Positions 45,675 to 54,135 of a stretch of 54,135 bases of DNA are shown in pieces. Position numbers and translations under genes: made by a program. The stretch lies in the NCBI GenBank assembly GCA_031370785.1, contig JANMQY010000049.1, forward strand, positions 1 through 54,135, given 5' to 3'. The DNA is from Candidatus Eiseniibacteriota bacterium (GTDB taxonomy: Bacteria; Eisenbacteria; RBG-16-71-46). The first letter of the stretch is position 1, and the number at the start of each line of letters is the position of its first letter. The notes below the pieces were generated by a model, which was not told the DNA's origin, searched no databases, and saw only the letters and a program-made list of their open reading frames with translations.

Positions 45675-47807
45675 ATGAAAAGGCTTCTCAGCGCAGTTCT
45701 TGGCGTCACCGCAGTTCTCCTCATGGCGAGCGCCGTTCCCTCTCGGGCGTTCATCAGCTTCCCCAATCCCACCTGTCCCGACACGATGACGATCTTCGGG
45801 CTCAAAAAGGTCATGGCCGACACCAGCGCCAACCCTTGCAAGCCGGTGACGGGTACGGGCACCGCGCCCGGCGATACGGTTCTCGGCGTTGGCGGAATCA
45901 TCACCGGCTTCGATGAGAACCCGGTCGGCTTCGACATCTACATCGAGATGTCCGGAGGCGGTCCGCAGGGTGGCAAGTACGCCGGCATCGACGTGTTCAC
46001 GCATGGCACCAACCTGCGTGCGCCGTATGGGTTCAATCGCGGAGACTCGATCGTCGTCGAATTCGCCCGGGTCGCGAACTTCCAGGGCGCGCTCGAGCTC
46101 ATGTCCCCGAACAACACCTTTTCGAGCCCCAACATCAAGCTGCGCAAGGTGAACTCGGGAAACCCGCTCCCGCCTTTCGTGAGCGGCAACACCACCGACT
46201 TCAATGAGCTGCCGACCAACACGTACTTCGCGCAATACATCAACTCGCTCGTGACTCTCACCGGACCCGTGCGCGTCGCGCGTACCGGCGCAGGTCTCAG
46301 CACCCGCGCCATGCTCGTGGTCCGGGACGCGGCGCCCAGCGACTCGGTGTTCATCGACTACGGCAAGCTGACCGGGATCGTTCCGCCGGCGTTGGGCACC
46401 TATCTGACCAGCATCTCGGGCATCGCGAACTCGGCCACCCGCGGCTTGCGCATCATGCCGCGTGACGCCAACGACGTCGTCGACGTGCAGCCGCCTGGAG
46501 TTTCCGACGCGTATGCCGTCGCGGACAATGAGTACCGCGTCGTCTTCGATCGCGGCGTCACGCCTGCGTCCGCGACCAATACGGCCAACTACTCGCTGGC
46601 TTCGTTCGGCACGGTCAACTCCGCGGTGATGGACGGTTCGGCTGCGGTGATCCTCACCGTGTCCGGCACCGGACTCTCGCACGGGCAGCCCGAGACCGTG
46701 TCGGTCAACGGTGTCGTCGGCACCGCGAACGGCGTTGCCATGACCACGCCGGGCTCCGCGCTGTTCCTCGCCGGCGTCATGTCGAGCGGCGAACATTCTG
46801 CGCCGAATCCCGACTCACTCGCCGCATCGCCCTGCCGCGACTTGTCCCGCTACGTCGGATCCCCGGTCGCCGGCGTCGGTTCGGGCTTGACCGGCCAGTT
46901 CTCCAATGGTCCGTTCGGTCCGCGCTCGACGCTGACCGGCATCGTCGTCGGCGTCTACGGTAATCTCTACTACATGGAAGACGACAATCCGGCCGCCAAA
47001 CGCGGCATCACGGTGTTCGCTCCGCCGTCGGCTCTCACCCTCGGTCACCGGTACATCCTTGCCGGCGCCGATGAGGAGTTCTACAGCGAGAACGAATTCG
47101 CGGCGATCGTCTACGTCAAGGACATCGGCACTCCCGGTGTGCCGGCTCCGGTCGCGCTTCCGGTCGGTATCGCGAACTACGACACCTGCGATGCGAACCA
47201 GAATATCCGCAGCGGTCGTGACTACCTGTCGGATCTGGTGAAGCTCCAGACCGTCAAGGTCGTGCAGCGGTTCGCGACGCTCCCGACCAACGGCTTCCAC
47301 GTCACCGGGCCGCACCCCGACTACGGCGACACCATCTTCATCGAGAATCAGAACGCGGTGCTGGGTCCGAACTCGGCAAGCAATCCGAACTACCCTGCTC
47401 TGGGCTCGCTGGTGACCGTGATCGGCTGCGAGCACTACACGACCAACACCAGTTCGCCGAGCTTCCGGGTGTGCCCGCGCAGCCCGGCGGACATCACCAT
47501 TCTGGATCCCGCGTCGGTCGGTACGCCGTCGGCGAGGCTTTCGTTCTCGGCGTTCCCGAACCCGGCGAGCTCCGTGAATCTCGCCTTCACGCTTCCCAGG
47601 GCCGCCGACGTCGAGCTCGGCGTCTACGATCTCGTCGGTCGCCGCGTGGCGATGATTGCCAGCGGGCCGATGGGCGCGGGCGCGTACCAGAAGGTGTGGC
47701 GTGGTCTGGATGACGGCGGCAACAAGGTGCGCTCGGGTGTGTACTTCTATCACCTGCGTGCCGGCAATGAGGTCCTCAAGACTCACACCGTCCTCATCAA
47801 CAACTGA
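45675..47807 (+). CDS. Exported multi-domain protein (OB-fold-like repeats + Ig-like domain) with FlgD/T9SS-like C-terminal domain
   Basis: Signal peptide. Two G(I/V)(I/V)..-Y.E-GI.VF-G....G...E/F blocks resembling extracellular-nuclease OB folds. Ig-like F...V..ASA.N.ANY. CTD AFPNP..F.LP..LGVYDL.GRRV..W.G.DD.G..V.SGVYFY.L. Confidence 0.75.
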   Translation: MKRLLSAVLGVTAVLLMASAVPSRAFISFPNPTCPDTMTIFGLKKVMADTSANPCKPVTGTGTAPGDTVLGVGGIITGFDENPVGFDIYIEMSGGGPQGGKYAGIDVFTHGTNLRAPYGFNRGDSIVVEFARVANFQGALELMSPNNTFSSPNIKLRKVNSGNPLPPFVSGNTTDFNELPTNTYFAQYINSLVTLTGPVRVARTGAGLSTRAMLVVRDAAPSDSVFIDYGKLTGIVPPALGTYLTSISGIANSATRGLRIMPRDANDVVDVQPPGVSDAYAVADNEYRVVFDRGVTPASATNTANYSLASFGTVNSAVMDGSAAVILTVSGTGLSHGQPETVSVNGVVGTANGVAMTTPGSALFLAGVMSSGEHSAPNPDSLAASPCRDLSRYVGSPVAGVGSGLTGQFSNGPFGPRSTLTGIVVGVYGNLYYMEDDNPAAKRGITVFAPPSALTLGHRYILAGADEEFYSENEFAAIVYVKDIGTPGVPAPVALPVGIANYDTCDANQNIRSGRDYLSDLVKLQTVKVVQRFATLPTNGFHVTGPHPDYGDTIFIENQNAVLGPNSASNPNYPALGSLVTVIGCEHYTTNTSSPSFRVCPRSPADITILDPASVGTPSARLSFSAFPNPASSVNLAFTLPRAADVELGVYDLVGRRVAMIASGPMGAGAYQKVWRGLDDGGNKVRSGVYFYHLRAGNEVLKTHTVLINN

Positions 47808-47825
47808 CGCTGAGCTTCATTCGAG

Positions 47826-47864
47826 CGGCCGATCCTCCTTCGGGAGGGTCGGCCGTTTCGTTTT
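47826..47864 (+). terminator. Rho-independent terminator
   Basis: CGGCCGATCCTCC-TTCG-GGAGGGTCGGCCG stem-loop followed by TTTCGTTTT, 18 nt after the stop at 47807. Confidence 0.85.
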
Positions 47865-47882
47865 GGCCCCGCCGGCTCGATT

Positions 47883-47904
47883 GATTGTGGAGCGAAGAAT
47901 GTTG
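47883..47904 (+). repeat. IS left terminal inverted repeat
   Basis: GATTGTGGAGCGAAGAATGTTG. Confidence 0.92.
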
Positions 47905-47934
47905 CTGGCGCGGAGCGTGCAGTGACGCACCGGC

Positions 47935-49032
47935 ATGCCCGGCACCGAACGCCCGTTCGTGCCCCCGCACTGTCCGCGAAGCGATTGTCGCTTCCATCGC
48001 TGCGCCGTCGGCTGGCACTGGGTTCGGTTCGGGTTCTATTCGCGCCGCTGTGCACCCCGTACCATCGCCCGCTTCCGGTGTAGACACTGCCGCGCGACCT
48101 TCAGCACTCAGAGCTTCTCATCCACCTACTATCTCAAGCGCCCCGATCTGCTCGAGCCGCTGAGCTTTCGCCTGCTCGCCGGCTCCGGCTATCGCCAGAT
48201 CGCGCGCGAGGCCCGCTGCGCGCCCTCCACGGTCATGGGCCAGGCGGCCCGTCTCGGGCGCCATGCCCTGCTTTTCCTGCATGCCCATCGCCCTCCCGGC
48301 CCGGTGCTGGAGCCGCTGGTCATCGATGGCTTCGAGAGTTTCGCGTATAGCCAGTACCACCCGCTGCATCTGAACCTCGCGGTTGGTTCCCGGTCGCACT
48401 ATCTGTACGCGTTCACCCATGCCGAGCTGCGCCGCAAGGGCCGCATGACCGCCGCTCAGAAACGGCGCCGGGTCTGGCTCGAACGCTCTTTCGGCCGTGC
48501 CGACCCGCGAGCGCTCGAAACCAGCATCGCCACCCTGCTCGAGCTTGCGGCCCCGATTCCACAGCCCCTGACCGTGCGCTCCGATGAGCATCCGGCCTAC
48601 CCGCGCGCCCTGCGCCGGCTCCAAGCCTGGGACCTGCGCCACGAATGCACTCCTTCGGTCCTGGCTCGCACTCCAGGCAACCCGCTGTTCCCGGTCAACC
48701 GGCTGGATCTGCTGCTGCGCCACAATTGCGCCTGCCACAAGCGCGAGACCATCGCCTTTGCCAAGCGCCATCAGGCAGTGGTCGAGCGCGCGGCGTTGCT
48801 CGCGGTGTGGCTCAACTTCATCAAGCCGTTTTCGGAGAATCACGGCGGGGGCACCCCGGCGATGCGGCTCGGGCTGCGCGCATCCCCACTCAGCCTGCGC
48901 CGGGTGCTGGAGGACCGTCTGTTCCCCCGGCACGTCGGGCTGCCCCCGGAATGGCAGCGCTACTACCGTCGCCTTGTGCCTACCGCACGACTTCCCCGAG
49001 CTCGGAGCCACCAGCTCATGCTCGCGTTCTGA
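47935..49032 (+). CDS. Transposase (Zn-ribbon + HTH + DDE), IS1/IS1595-like
   Basis: CPRSDC...RFRCRHC..TFS Zn ribbon, HTH GYRQIAREARCAPSTV, acidic motifs VIDGFES and VRSDEHPAY, basic HKRETIAFAK, TPAMRLGL. Enclosed by IRs. Confidence 0.88.
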   Translation: MPGTERPFVPPHCPRSDCRFHRCAVGWHWVRFGFYSRRCAPRTIARFRCRHCRATFSTQSFSSTYYLKRPDLLEPLSFRLLAGSGYRQIAREARCAPSTVMGQAARLGRHALLFLHAHRPPGPVLEPLVIDGFESFAYSQYHPLHLNLAVGSRSHYLYAFTHAELRRKGRMTAAQKRRRVWLERSFGRADPRALETSIATLLELAAPIPQPLTVRSDEHPAYPRALRRLQAWDLRHECTPSVLARTPGNPLFPVNRLDLLLRHNCACHKRETIAFAKRHQAVVERAALLAVWLNFIKPFSENHGGGTPAMRLGLRASPLSLRRVLEDRLFPRHVGLPPEWQRYYRRLVPTARLPRARSHQLMLAF

Positions 49033-49078
49033 AATCTGAATGAATCAGGCGAGCTCGCCCGGACTTTCGCCCACGCAT

Positions 49079-49100
49079 CAACATTCTTCGCTCCACAATC
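49079..49100 (-). repeat. IS right terminal inverted repeat
   Basis: CAACATTCTTCGCTCCACAATC, the reverse complement of the left IR. Confidence 0.92.
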
Positions 49101-49107
49101 GGCTCGA

Positions 49108-49137
49108 TTGCGCGGGGAACGAGCGCTCTCCTATAAT
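49108..49137 (+). promoter_or_regulatory. Sigma70-type promoter of the thioesterase-E2-lipB operon
   Basis: TTGCGC (49108-49113), 18 nt, TATAAT (49132-49137). GTG start 11 nt later, no SD. Confidence 0.6.
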
Positions 49138-49148
49138 GCGCGGGACCT

Positions 49149-49655
49149 GTGACCTCCGAGACTTCGAGATCCGGCCGGCGCGTTCGCGACTCGGCCACCG
49201 AGACGACCCAGCTCGTTCTGCCGCAGCACGCGAACGTGCACGGCAGCGTGCTGGGCGGAACGGTCATGCACTGGATCGACCTCGCGGCGGCCGTCGTGGC
49301 AAACCGCCATTCCCGCCGTCCGGTGGTGACCGCGGCGATCGACGAGATGTCGTTTCTCGCGCCGATCCAGATCGGACAGCTCGCGCTGATCCACGCGCGC
49401 ATCACGCTGGTCGATCGGAGCAGCATGGAGATCTGCGTCGAGGTCGAGTCGGAGGATCTGTTGACCGGTGAGCGGCGCCACACCAGCACGGCGTTCGTGA
49501 CCTTCGTGGCGATGGATCCTGCGACCGGGCGGCCGACTCCGGTGCCGCCGCTGATTCTCGAGAGCGACGAAGAGCGCGCCGAACACGTTCGTGCACTGGA
49601 GCGGCGCCGGCTTCGACTGGAACGACGCCTGGCGACGAAGCAGGCCGGAAAATGA
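49149..49655 (+). CDS. Acyl-CoA thioesterase (hotdog fold, YciA-like)
   Basis: VLPQHANVHG.V.GG....WID.AA, VVTA.ID..SFLAP, SSMEI.V.V, FVTFVA.D..G.P..VP. Confidence 0.92.
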   Translation: MTSETSRSGRRVRDSATETTQLVLPQHANVHGSVLGGTVMHWIDLAAAVVANRHSRRPVVTAAIDEMSFLAPIQIGQLALIHARITLVDRSSMEICVEVESEDLLTGERRHTSTAFVTFVAMDPATGRPTPVPPLILESDEERAEHVRALERRRLRLERRLATKQAGK

Positions 49656-49769
49656 GCGTGAAGCACGAACGCATGGCGCACGCAGGGAAGAGCGCGCGGA
49701 CCTGACACGGCACGCCGCCCAACCGGCCCCGCAATGCGCGGGCCCGGCCGGCGGCCACGGAGGTGTGCA

Positions 49770-51179
49770 ATGCCCGTTTCCATCGTGGTGCCGCAGCTCG
49801 GCGAGAGCGTCGCCGAAGGCACGGTTTCCAAGTGGCTGAAGGCGGTCGGCGAGCGGGTACGCAAGGAAGAGCCGCTGGTCGAGATCCAGACCGACAAGAT
49901 CAACGTCGAGATCCCTTCCCCGGCCGACGGCACGCTCGGGGCGATCCTCGTGCCCGAGGGCACGACCGTGCTGGTCGGCACCGAGATCGGCTCGTTGAAC
50001 GCTTCGGGAGAGACTGCCGCCGCGCCGGTTGCCGCCTCCGCCACCGCGTCTGCTGCCGCGCCGGCCGCTGCGCCCGCGCGGGCCGCCGAATCGGCGGGAA
50101 CCTCGCGCGCCGCGACCGCGGTCGCAGCGCCACCCGCGACGCAGGCGCCGCCCGCCTACGCGAGCGCAAGCAGCGGCAACGGTGGAGCGCGTGGCTCTGC
50201 GCTCGCGCCCGCAGCCCCGGTGTTCACCGGCGACCGCAATCTCTCGCCCGCGGTGCGCAAGCTCATGCGCGAGCAGAACGTGGGCATGGATGAGGTTGGG
50301 GCGATCCACGGCTCGGGCGTAGCCGGGCGCGTCACCCGCGATGACCTGCTCGAGTACCTGAAGAACCGCACGCGCCCGGCCGCAGCTCCGGCCGGCGCGG
50401 CCGCGCCGGCGCCGGTCGCGAGCGGGCCGCGCCCTGGCTTCATGAGCGGGGCCACGCTTCCGGCCGCCTCGGGCGCTCGCGAAGAGGTGGTGCCCTTCAG
50501 CCGCGTGCGCCGGGTCATCGCCGACAACATGGTCAAGGCCAAGCACACCGCGGCGCACACCCACTGCTTCGACGAAGTCGACATGAGCGCGATCGTCGCG
50601 CTGAAGAAGGAATGGGCGCCCAGGCTCGAAGCGCAGGGCATCAAGCTCACCTACATGCCGTTCTTCATCAAGGCCTCGGTGTTCGCGCTCAAGGAATTCC
50701 CGTGGGTCAACGGCTCGGTCGCGCCCGAGGGCGATGCGATGATCCTCAAGCACTACTACAACATCGGGATCGCGGTCGGCCGCGACGACAAGGGCCTGAT
50801 CGTTCCGAACATCAAGGACTGCGATCGGAAGAACCTGGTGCAGCTCGCGCACGAGGTGAACGACATCGCGGCGCGCGCTCGCGCCGACAAGCTGACCCTG
50901 GACGAGATCCAGCACGGAACGTTCAGCATCACCAACGCCGGCGTGTTCGGCGCGGTCAACTCGGCGCCTGTGATCAACGTGCCCGAGGTCGCGATCCTGG
51001 GCGTGCACAAGATCGCCGAGCGGGCGGTGGTGCGCGATGGAGCGATCGTCGCGCGGCCGATGATGAACGCCTCGATCGGATTCGATCACCGGGTAGTCGA
51101 CGGCGAGCTGGCGGTGCGGTTCCTGCGCCGCATCTGCGAGCTGCTCGAGAAGCCCGAGCTGCTGTGGTTCTACGCGTGA
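49770..51179 (+). CDS. 2-oxoacid dehydrogenase E2 (dihydrolipoamide acyltransferase)
   Basis: Lipoyl domain (PQLGESV.EG, TDKI.VEIPSP), Ala-rich linker, E3-binding SPAVRKL..GSG..GRVTRDD, catalytic GTFSITN and FDHRVVDG. GGAGG RBS before ATG 49770. Confidence 0.93.
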   Translation: MPVSIVVPQLGESVAEGTVSKWLKAVGERVRKEEPLVEIQTDKINVEIPSPADGTLGAILVPEGTTVLVGTEIGSLNASGETAAAPVAASATASAAAPAAAPARAAESAGTSRAATAVAAPPATQAPPAYASASSGNGGARGSALAPAAPVFTGDRNLSPAVRKLMREQNVGMDEVGAIHGSGVAGRVTRDDLLEYLKNRTRPAAAPAGAAAPAPVASGPRPGFMSGATLPAASGAREEVVPFSRVRRVIADNMVKAKHTAAHTHCFDEVDMSAIVALKKEWAPRLEAQGIKLTYMPFFIKASVFALKEFPWVNGSVAPEGDAMILKHYYNIGIAVGRDDKGLIVPNIKDCDRKNLVQLAHEVNDIAARARADKLTLDEIQHGTFSITNAGVFGAVNSAPVINVPEVAILGVHKIAERAVVRDGAIVARPMMNASIGFDHRVVDGELAVRFLRRICELLEKPELLWFYA

Positions 51180-51192
51180 TGGAGCGTCAGCA

Positions 51193-51924
51193 ATGAGCAC
51201 ACTCACCCTGTGCGCGCTGGGCGAGACACCTTACCGCGACGGCCTGAGACTACAGGAGGCGCTGGTGCGCGCGCGCGCGGACGGCGAGACCGGGGACTGG
51301 CTGCTGTTCCCGGACCATCCGCCGGTGCTGACCGTCGGACGGAGTCCCAGCCCGGGCGCGCTGCTCGCGACGCCCGAGACGCTGGCCGCCAGGGGCATCG
51401 AGCTGTTCGAAGTGGCGCGTGGAGGCGACATCACCTGGCACGGGCCGGGTCAACTCGTGGGCTATCCGATCGTCGACCTGACCGCCCGCGGTCGCGACCT
51501 GCATCGCTGGCTGCGCGACCTGGAAGAAGGGCTGATCTGGAGCCTGGCCGCGCTCGGGATCGAGGGCCGGAGAGTCCAGGGCCGCACCGGTATCTGGGTC
51601 GCGGAGGCCAAGATCGCCTCGATCGGCGTCGCGGTTCGGCGCTGGGTCGGCTACCATGGGTTCGCGCTCAACGTGCACCCCGACCTCGAATTCTTTAATC
51701 TGATCCACCCCTGCGGGCTCGAGGGCATCCACATGACGTCGGTTGCAGCCCTGCTCGGTAAGGGGGCACCCGGCCTTGAGCAGGTTCGGGTGACGACCGC
51801 AGGGCTTCTGGCCGAAACTCTTGGATACGACGCCACGTGCTGGGTCTCCGCCGAGGAGGCCTGGGAAGTGGCCGGGGAAACGATAGCGGTCGGGGCCTCG
51901 GCCTCGAACCCGCACGCCGCCTGA
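51193..51924 (+). CDS. lipB: Lipoyl(octanoyl) transferase
   Basis: HPPV.T.GR, RGGDITWHGPGQLVGYPI, TGIWV..KIASIG, HGFALNV, IHPCG. Confidence 0.95.
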   Translation: MSTLTLCALGETPYRDGLRLQEALVRARADGETGDWLLFPDHPPVLTVGRSPSPGALLATPETLAARGIELFEVARGGDITWHGPGQLVGYPIVDLTARGRDLHRWLRDLEEGLIWSLAALGIEGRRVQGRTGIWVAEAKIASIGVAVRRWVGYHGFALNVHPDLEFFNLIHPCGLEGIHMTSVAALLGKGAPGLEQVRVTTAGLLAETLGYDATCWVSAEEAWEVAGETIAVGASASNPHAA

Positions 51925-51981
51925 AGGCGGCGCACTCTAAGACAAGCGAAGGCGGGCCATCGCCCGCCATGGAGGATCAGG

Positions 51982-52389
51982 ATGCTGACGTTGACGGAAG
52001 CTGCGACGCGCAAGTTGGGCGAGGTGCTCACCCAGCAGAGCGAGCAGGGGCAGGTGTTCGGGTTGCGCGTGAGCGTGTACAAGGGCGGATGCTCCGGCTA
52101 CCAGTACGGCATGGCGCTCGCCGAGAAGGCGGAGCAGGGCGACTGGGTCGGCGAGTTCGGCGGGGTCCGTGTGGTGGTCGATTCCGAGAGCCAGCCGCTG
52201 CTCGAAGGCGTGAGCATCGATTACGTCGAGACGCTTCAGGCCTCCGGCTTCACGATCTCGAATCCCAACGCGGCGCGTGGCTGCGGATGCGGCAAGTCGT
52301 TCGAGACCGAAGAGGCTTCGGGCGCCAAGACCGAAGAGACGGGCGGATGCGGCAGTGGTGGTTGTGGCTGCGGCAGCGGTGGACACTGA
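51982..52389 (+). CDS. HesB/IscA-family Fe-S cluster insertion protein
   Basis: LTEAA, GGCSGYQY, GF.I.NPNA..CGCGKSF, plus an extra Gly/Cys tail. GGAGG RBS. Confidence 0.92.
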   Translation: MLTLTEAATRKLGEVLTQQSEQGQVFGLRVSVYKGGCSGYQYGMALAEKAEQGDWVGEFGGVRVVVDSESQPLLEGVSIDYVETLQASGFTISNPNAARGCGCGKSFETEEASGAKTEETGGCGSGGCGCGSGGH

Positions 52390-52412
52390 GACCTTTCGAG
52401 CCTGGAACCAGA

Positions 52413-52838
52413 ATGAACGTCAAGCTGACGCTGTTCAGCCTCGCCGAGGCCAATCGAATAGTGGAAGAGCTCACGCCCGAGCTCAAGCGTCTCCTGCTGG
52501 GCAAACGTGAGCTGGATCAGATCGACAAACGGATCATGGTGCTGAGCCTCGCGGTCTCGGGAGCCGGGCCCGACAATCCTGATGCGATCGAGCTGCGTCA
52601 GCTCGCCCCGCGCCGCGCACAGCTCACCCGGCAGATCGCGAGCGGGGTGCAGGCCATCCATCAGCGTGGCCCACTGCTCAAGGATCTGGACAAGGGCCTG
52701 GTGGACTTCTACGCCGTCTCGGGCGATCGACTGATCTTCCTGTGCTGGCAGCTGGGCGAGGCCGAGGTCTCGCACTGGCATCCGCTCGAAGGCGGCTTCT
52801 CCGGCCGCCAGCCGCTGGATCGCAGCGAGCTCGAATGA
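52413..52838 (+). CDS. DUF2203-like conserved protein
   Basis: FSLAEAN, KDLDKGLVDF, FLCWQLGE..V.HWH...GF.GRQP pattern. Confidence 0.8.
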   Translation: MNVKLTLFSLAEANRIVEELTPELKRLLLGKRELDQIDKRIMVLSLAVSGAGPDNPDAIELRQLAPRRAQLTRQIASGVQAIHQRGPLLKDLDKGLVDFYAVSGDRLIFLCWQLGEAEVSHWHPLEGGFSGRQPLDRSELE

Positions 52839-52875
52839 GCGCGCCGGGATCCCCCGGAGCAAGGAGTTCAATCCA

Positions 52876-54069
52876 TTGAGCACCCTGGGCCTTTCGCCGG
52901 ACCCGTCTTCTGGGCGGGCATCCCAGCCGGACCTTGCCGTCCCGCCGCTCGCGCGCCCGTTCGCCGACTACGCCGCGCTCGCCGCTGACGAGATCACCGA
53001 GCGCACCTGGGCCGCCAAGCGCGCGCTGGGCAAGCGCGTGGTGATCCTAGGCCACCACTACCAGCGCGAGAGCGTGGTCGAGTTCGCGGACTTTCGCGGC
53101 GACTCCTTCAAGCTCTCCCAGCTCGCCGCGGCCAGTCCCGGCGCCGAGTTCATCGTGTTCTGCGGCGTCCACTTCATGGCCGAGTCGGCCGACGTGCTGC
53201 GCGCCCCACATCAGACCGTGCTGCTACCCGACCTCAAGGCCGGCTGCTCGATGGCGGACATGGCGGACATCGAAGATGTCGAAGACGCGTGGGAGCTGCT
53301 CGAGGCGGCGCATGGCAATACGATCACGCCGATCACCTACATGAACTCGACCGCGGCCCTGAAGGCGTTCTGCGGCGAGCGCGGCGGCGTGGTGTGCACC
53401 TCCTCCAACGCGCGCGCGGTGCTGGAGTGGGCATGGGCGCGCAAGCCGCGCGTGTTCTTCTTCCCCGATCAGCACCTCGGCCGCAATACCGCATCCGCGA
53501 TGGGCGTCTCCCTCGAGCACATGGCCGAGTGGGATTTTCGCGCGACCGACCCGCGCCGGGTCAACGCGCGCTGCTTCGATGAGGCGAAGCGCATCATCCT
53601 GTGGCGCGGGTTCTGCTCGGTGCACACCAAGTTCACCGCGCGTCAGATCGACGAGATCCGTGCCGAGGATCCGAAGGTCAGGGTGCTGGTGCATCCCGAG
53701 TGTCCATTCGATGTCGTCAAGGCCGCCGACCTGAGCGGCTCGACCGAGTTCATCATCGAGCAGGTGCGCGCCGCACCTGCCGGAACGCACTGGGCGATCG
53801 GCACCGAGATTCACCTTGTCAACCGGCTCGCGCTGGAACATCCGGAACAGCGCATCCATTCTCTGCAGAAGAACGTGTGCCCGTGCGCAACCATGAATCG
53901 CATCGATCCCGCGCACCTGCTGTGGACGCTCGAGAATCTCGCCGCGGGTCACGTGGTGAACGCGGTGCGGGTGCCTGAAGACGTGCGCCGCGGCGCGCGC
54001 ATCGCGCTCGACCGCATGCTCGCGCTCAAGGGCAAAGGCGCCGCGGCCTCGGCCCTGGCCCTGGACTGA
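52876..54069 (+). CDS. nadA: Quinolinate synthase
   Basis: LGHHYQR, GDS, FCGVHFMAE, AGCSMADM, YMNS, CTSSNA, PDQHLG.N, CSVH, HPEC, GST, GTE, C.TM. TTG start after AAGGAG. Confidence 0.96.
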   Translation: MSTLGLSPDPSSGRASQPDLAVPPLARPFADYAALAADEITERTWAAKRALGKRVVILGHHYQRESVVEFADFRGDSFKLSQLAAASPGAEFIVFCGVHFMAESADVLRAPHQTVLLPDLKAGCSMADMADIEDVEDAWELLEAAHGNTITPITYMNSTAALKAFCGERGGVVCTSSNARAVLEWAWARKPRVFFFPDQHLGRNTASAMGVSLEHMAEWDFRATDPRRVNARCFDEAKRIILWRGFCSVHTKFTARQIDEIRAEDPKVRVLVHPECPFDVVKAADLSGSTEFIIEQVRAAPAGTHWAIGTEIHLVNRLALEHPEQRIHSLQKNVCPCATMNRIDPAHLLWTLENLAAGHVVNAVRVPEDVRRGARIALDRMLALKGKGAAASALALD

Positions 54070-54135
54070 TGCGATGAGCGACTTCCTTCCGACCGAAGGC
54101 GGCTCAAGCCCGGATGAGGCTTCGCCGCCGCGTGC

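Larger units (their letters stand above)
47883..49100 (+). mobile_element. Complete insertion sequence (1218 bp), IS1-like DDE element
   Basis: Perfect 22-bp terminal IRs GATTGTGGAGCGAAGAATGTTG (47883-47904) and its reverse complement (49079-49100). Flanking 9-bp direct repeat GGCTCGATT (47874-47882 and 49101-49109). Single internal transposase ORF. Confidence 0.93.

Noticed and set aside
54069..54135. Start of a next gene after nadA (ATG 54074, MSDFLPTEGG...)
   Set aside because: Only about 20 codons are visible, so it cannot be supported or identified.

Overview
High-GC bacterial chromosomal segment. The gene content (PorU-like C25 peptidase, PorV-family barrel, FlgD/T9SS-like C-terminal domains, short C-terminal WGxIK..YR motif) suggests an FCB-superphylum candidate lineage such as Ca. 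Eisenbacteria; this is inference only. From left to right: (1) the end of an envelope operon (C25 peptidase with CTD, HEAT-cyclophilin fusion, two GT-C-like membrane proteins); (2) a His-rich secreted ORF carrying an RAPP-RAGP putative ribosome-arrest motif, coupled to a ComEA-like gene; (3) a PAP2 phosphatase; (4) a TolC-MFP-RND efflux operon with an OmpR-type two-component system and a candidate 11-bp-period operator; (5) a dispersed nucleoside-salvage cluster (PNP, nucleoside ABC transporter, BMP lipoprotein, tdk, udk, add, RpiB with an encapsulation-peptide-like N-terminus), interrupted by three tandem Cys-rich secreted paralogs sharing a C-terminal RNRT[WF]GxIKxxYR motif; (6) gdhA, an MBL hydrolase, a class A PBP, a pterin dehydratase and an inactive M16 homolog; (7) a TonB-dependent receptor/PorV/lipoprotein/CTD-cargo cassette; (8) a complete 1218-bp IS1-like insertion sequence with 22-bp perfect IRs and a 9-bp target duplication; (9) acyl-CoA thioesterase, E2, lipB, IscA-family, DUF2203-like and nadA genes. 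No rRNA, tRNA or CRISPR array was recognised. All family calls come from motif recognition by eye, not database searches.
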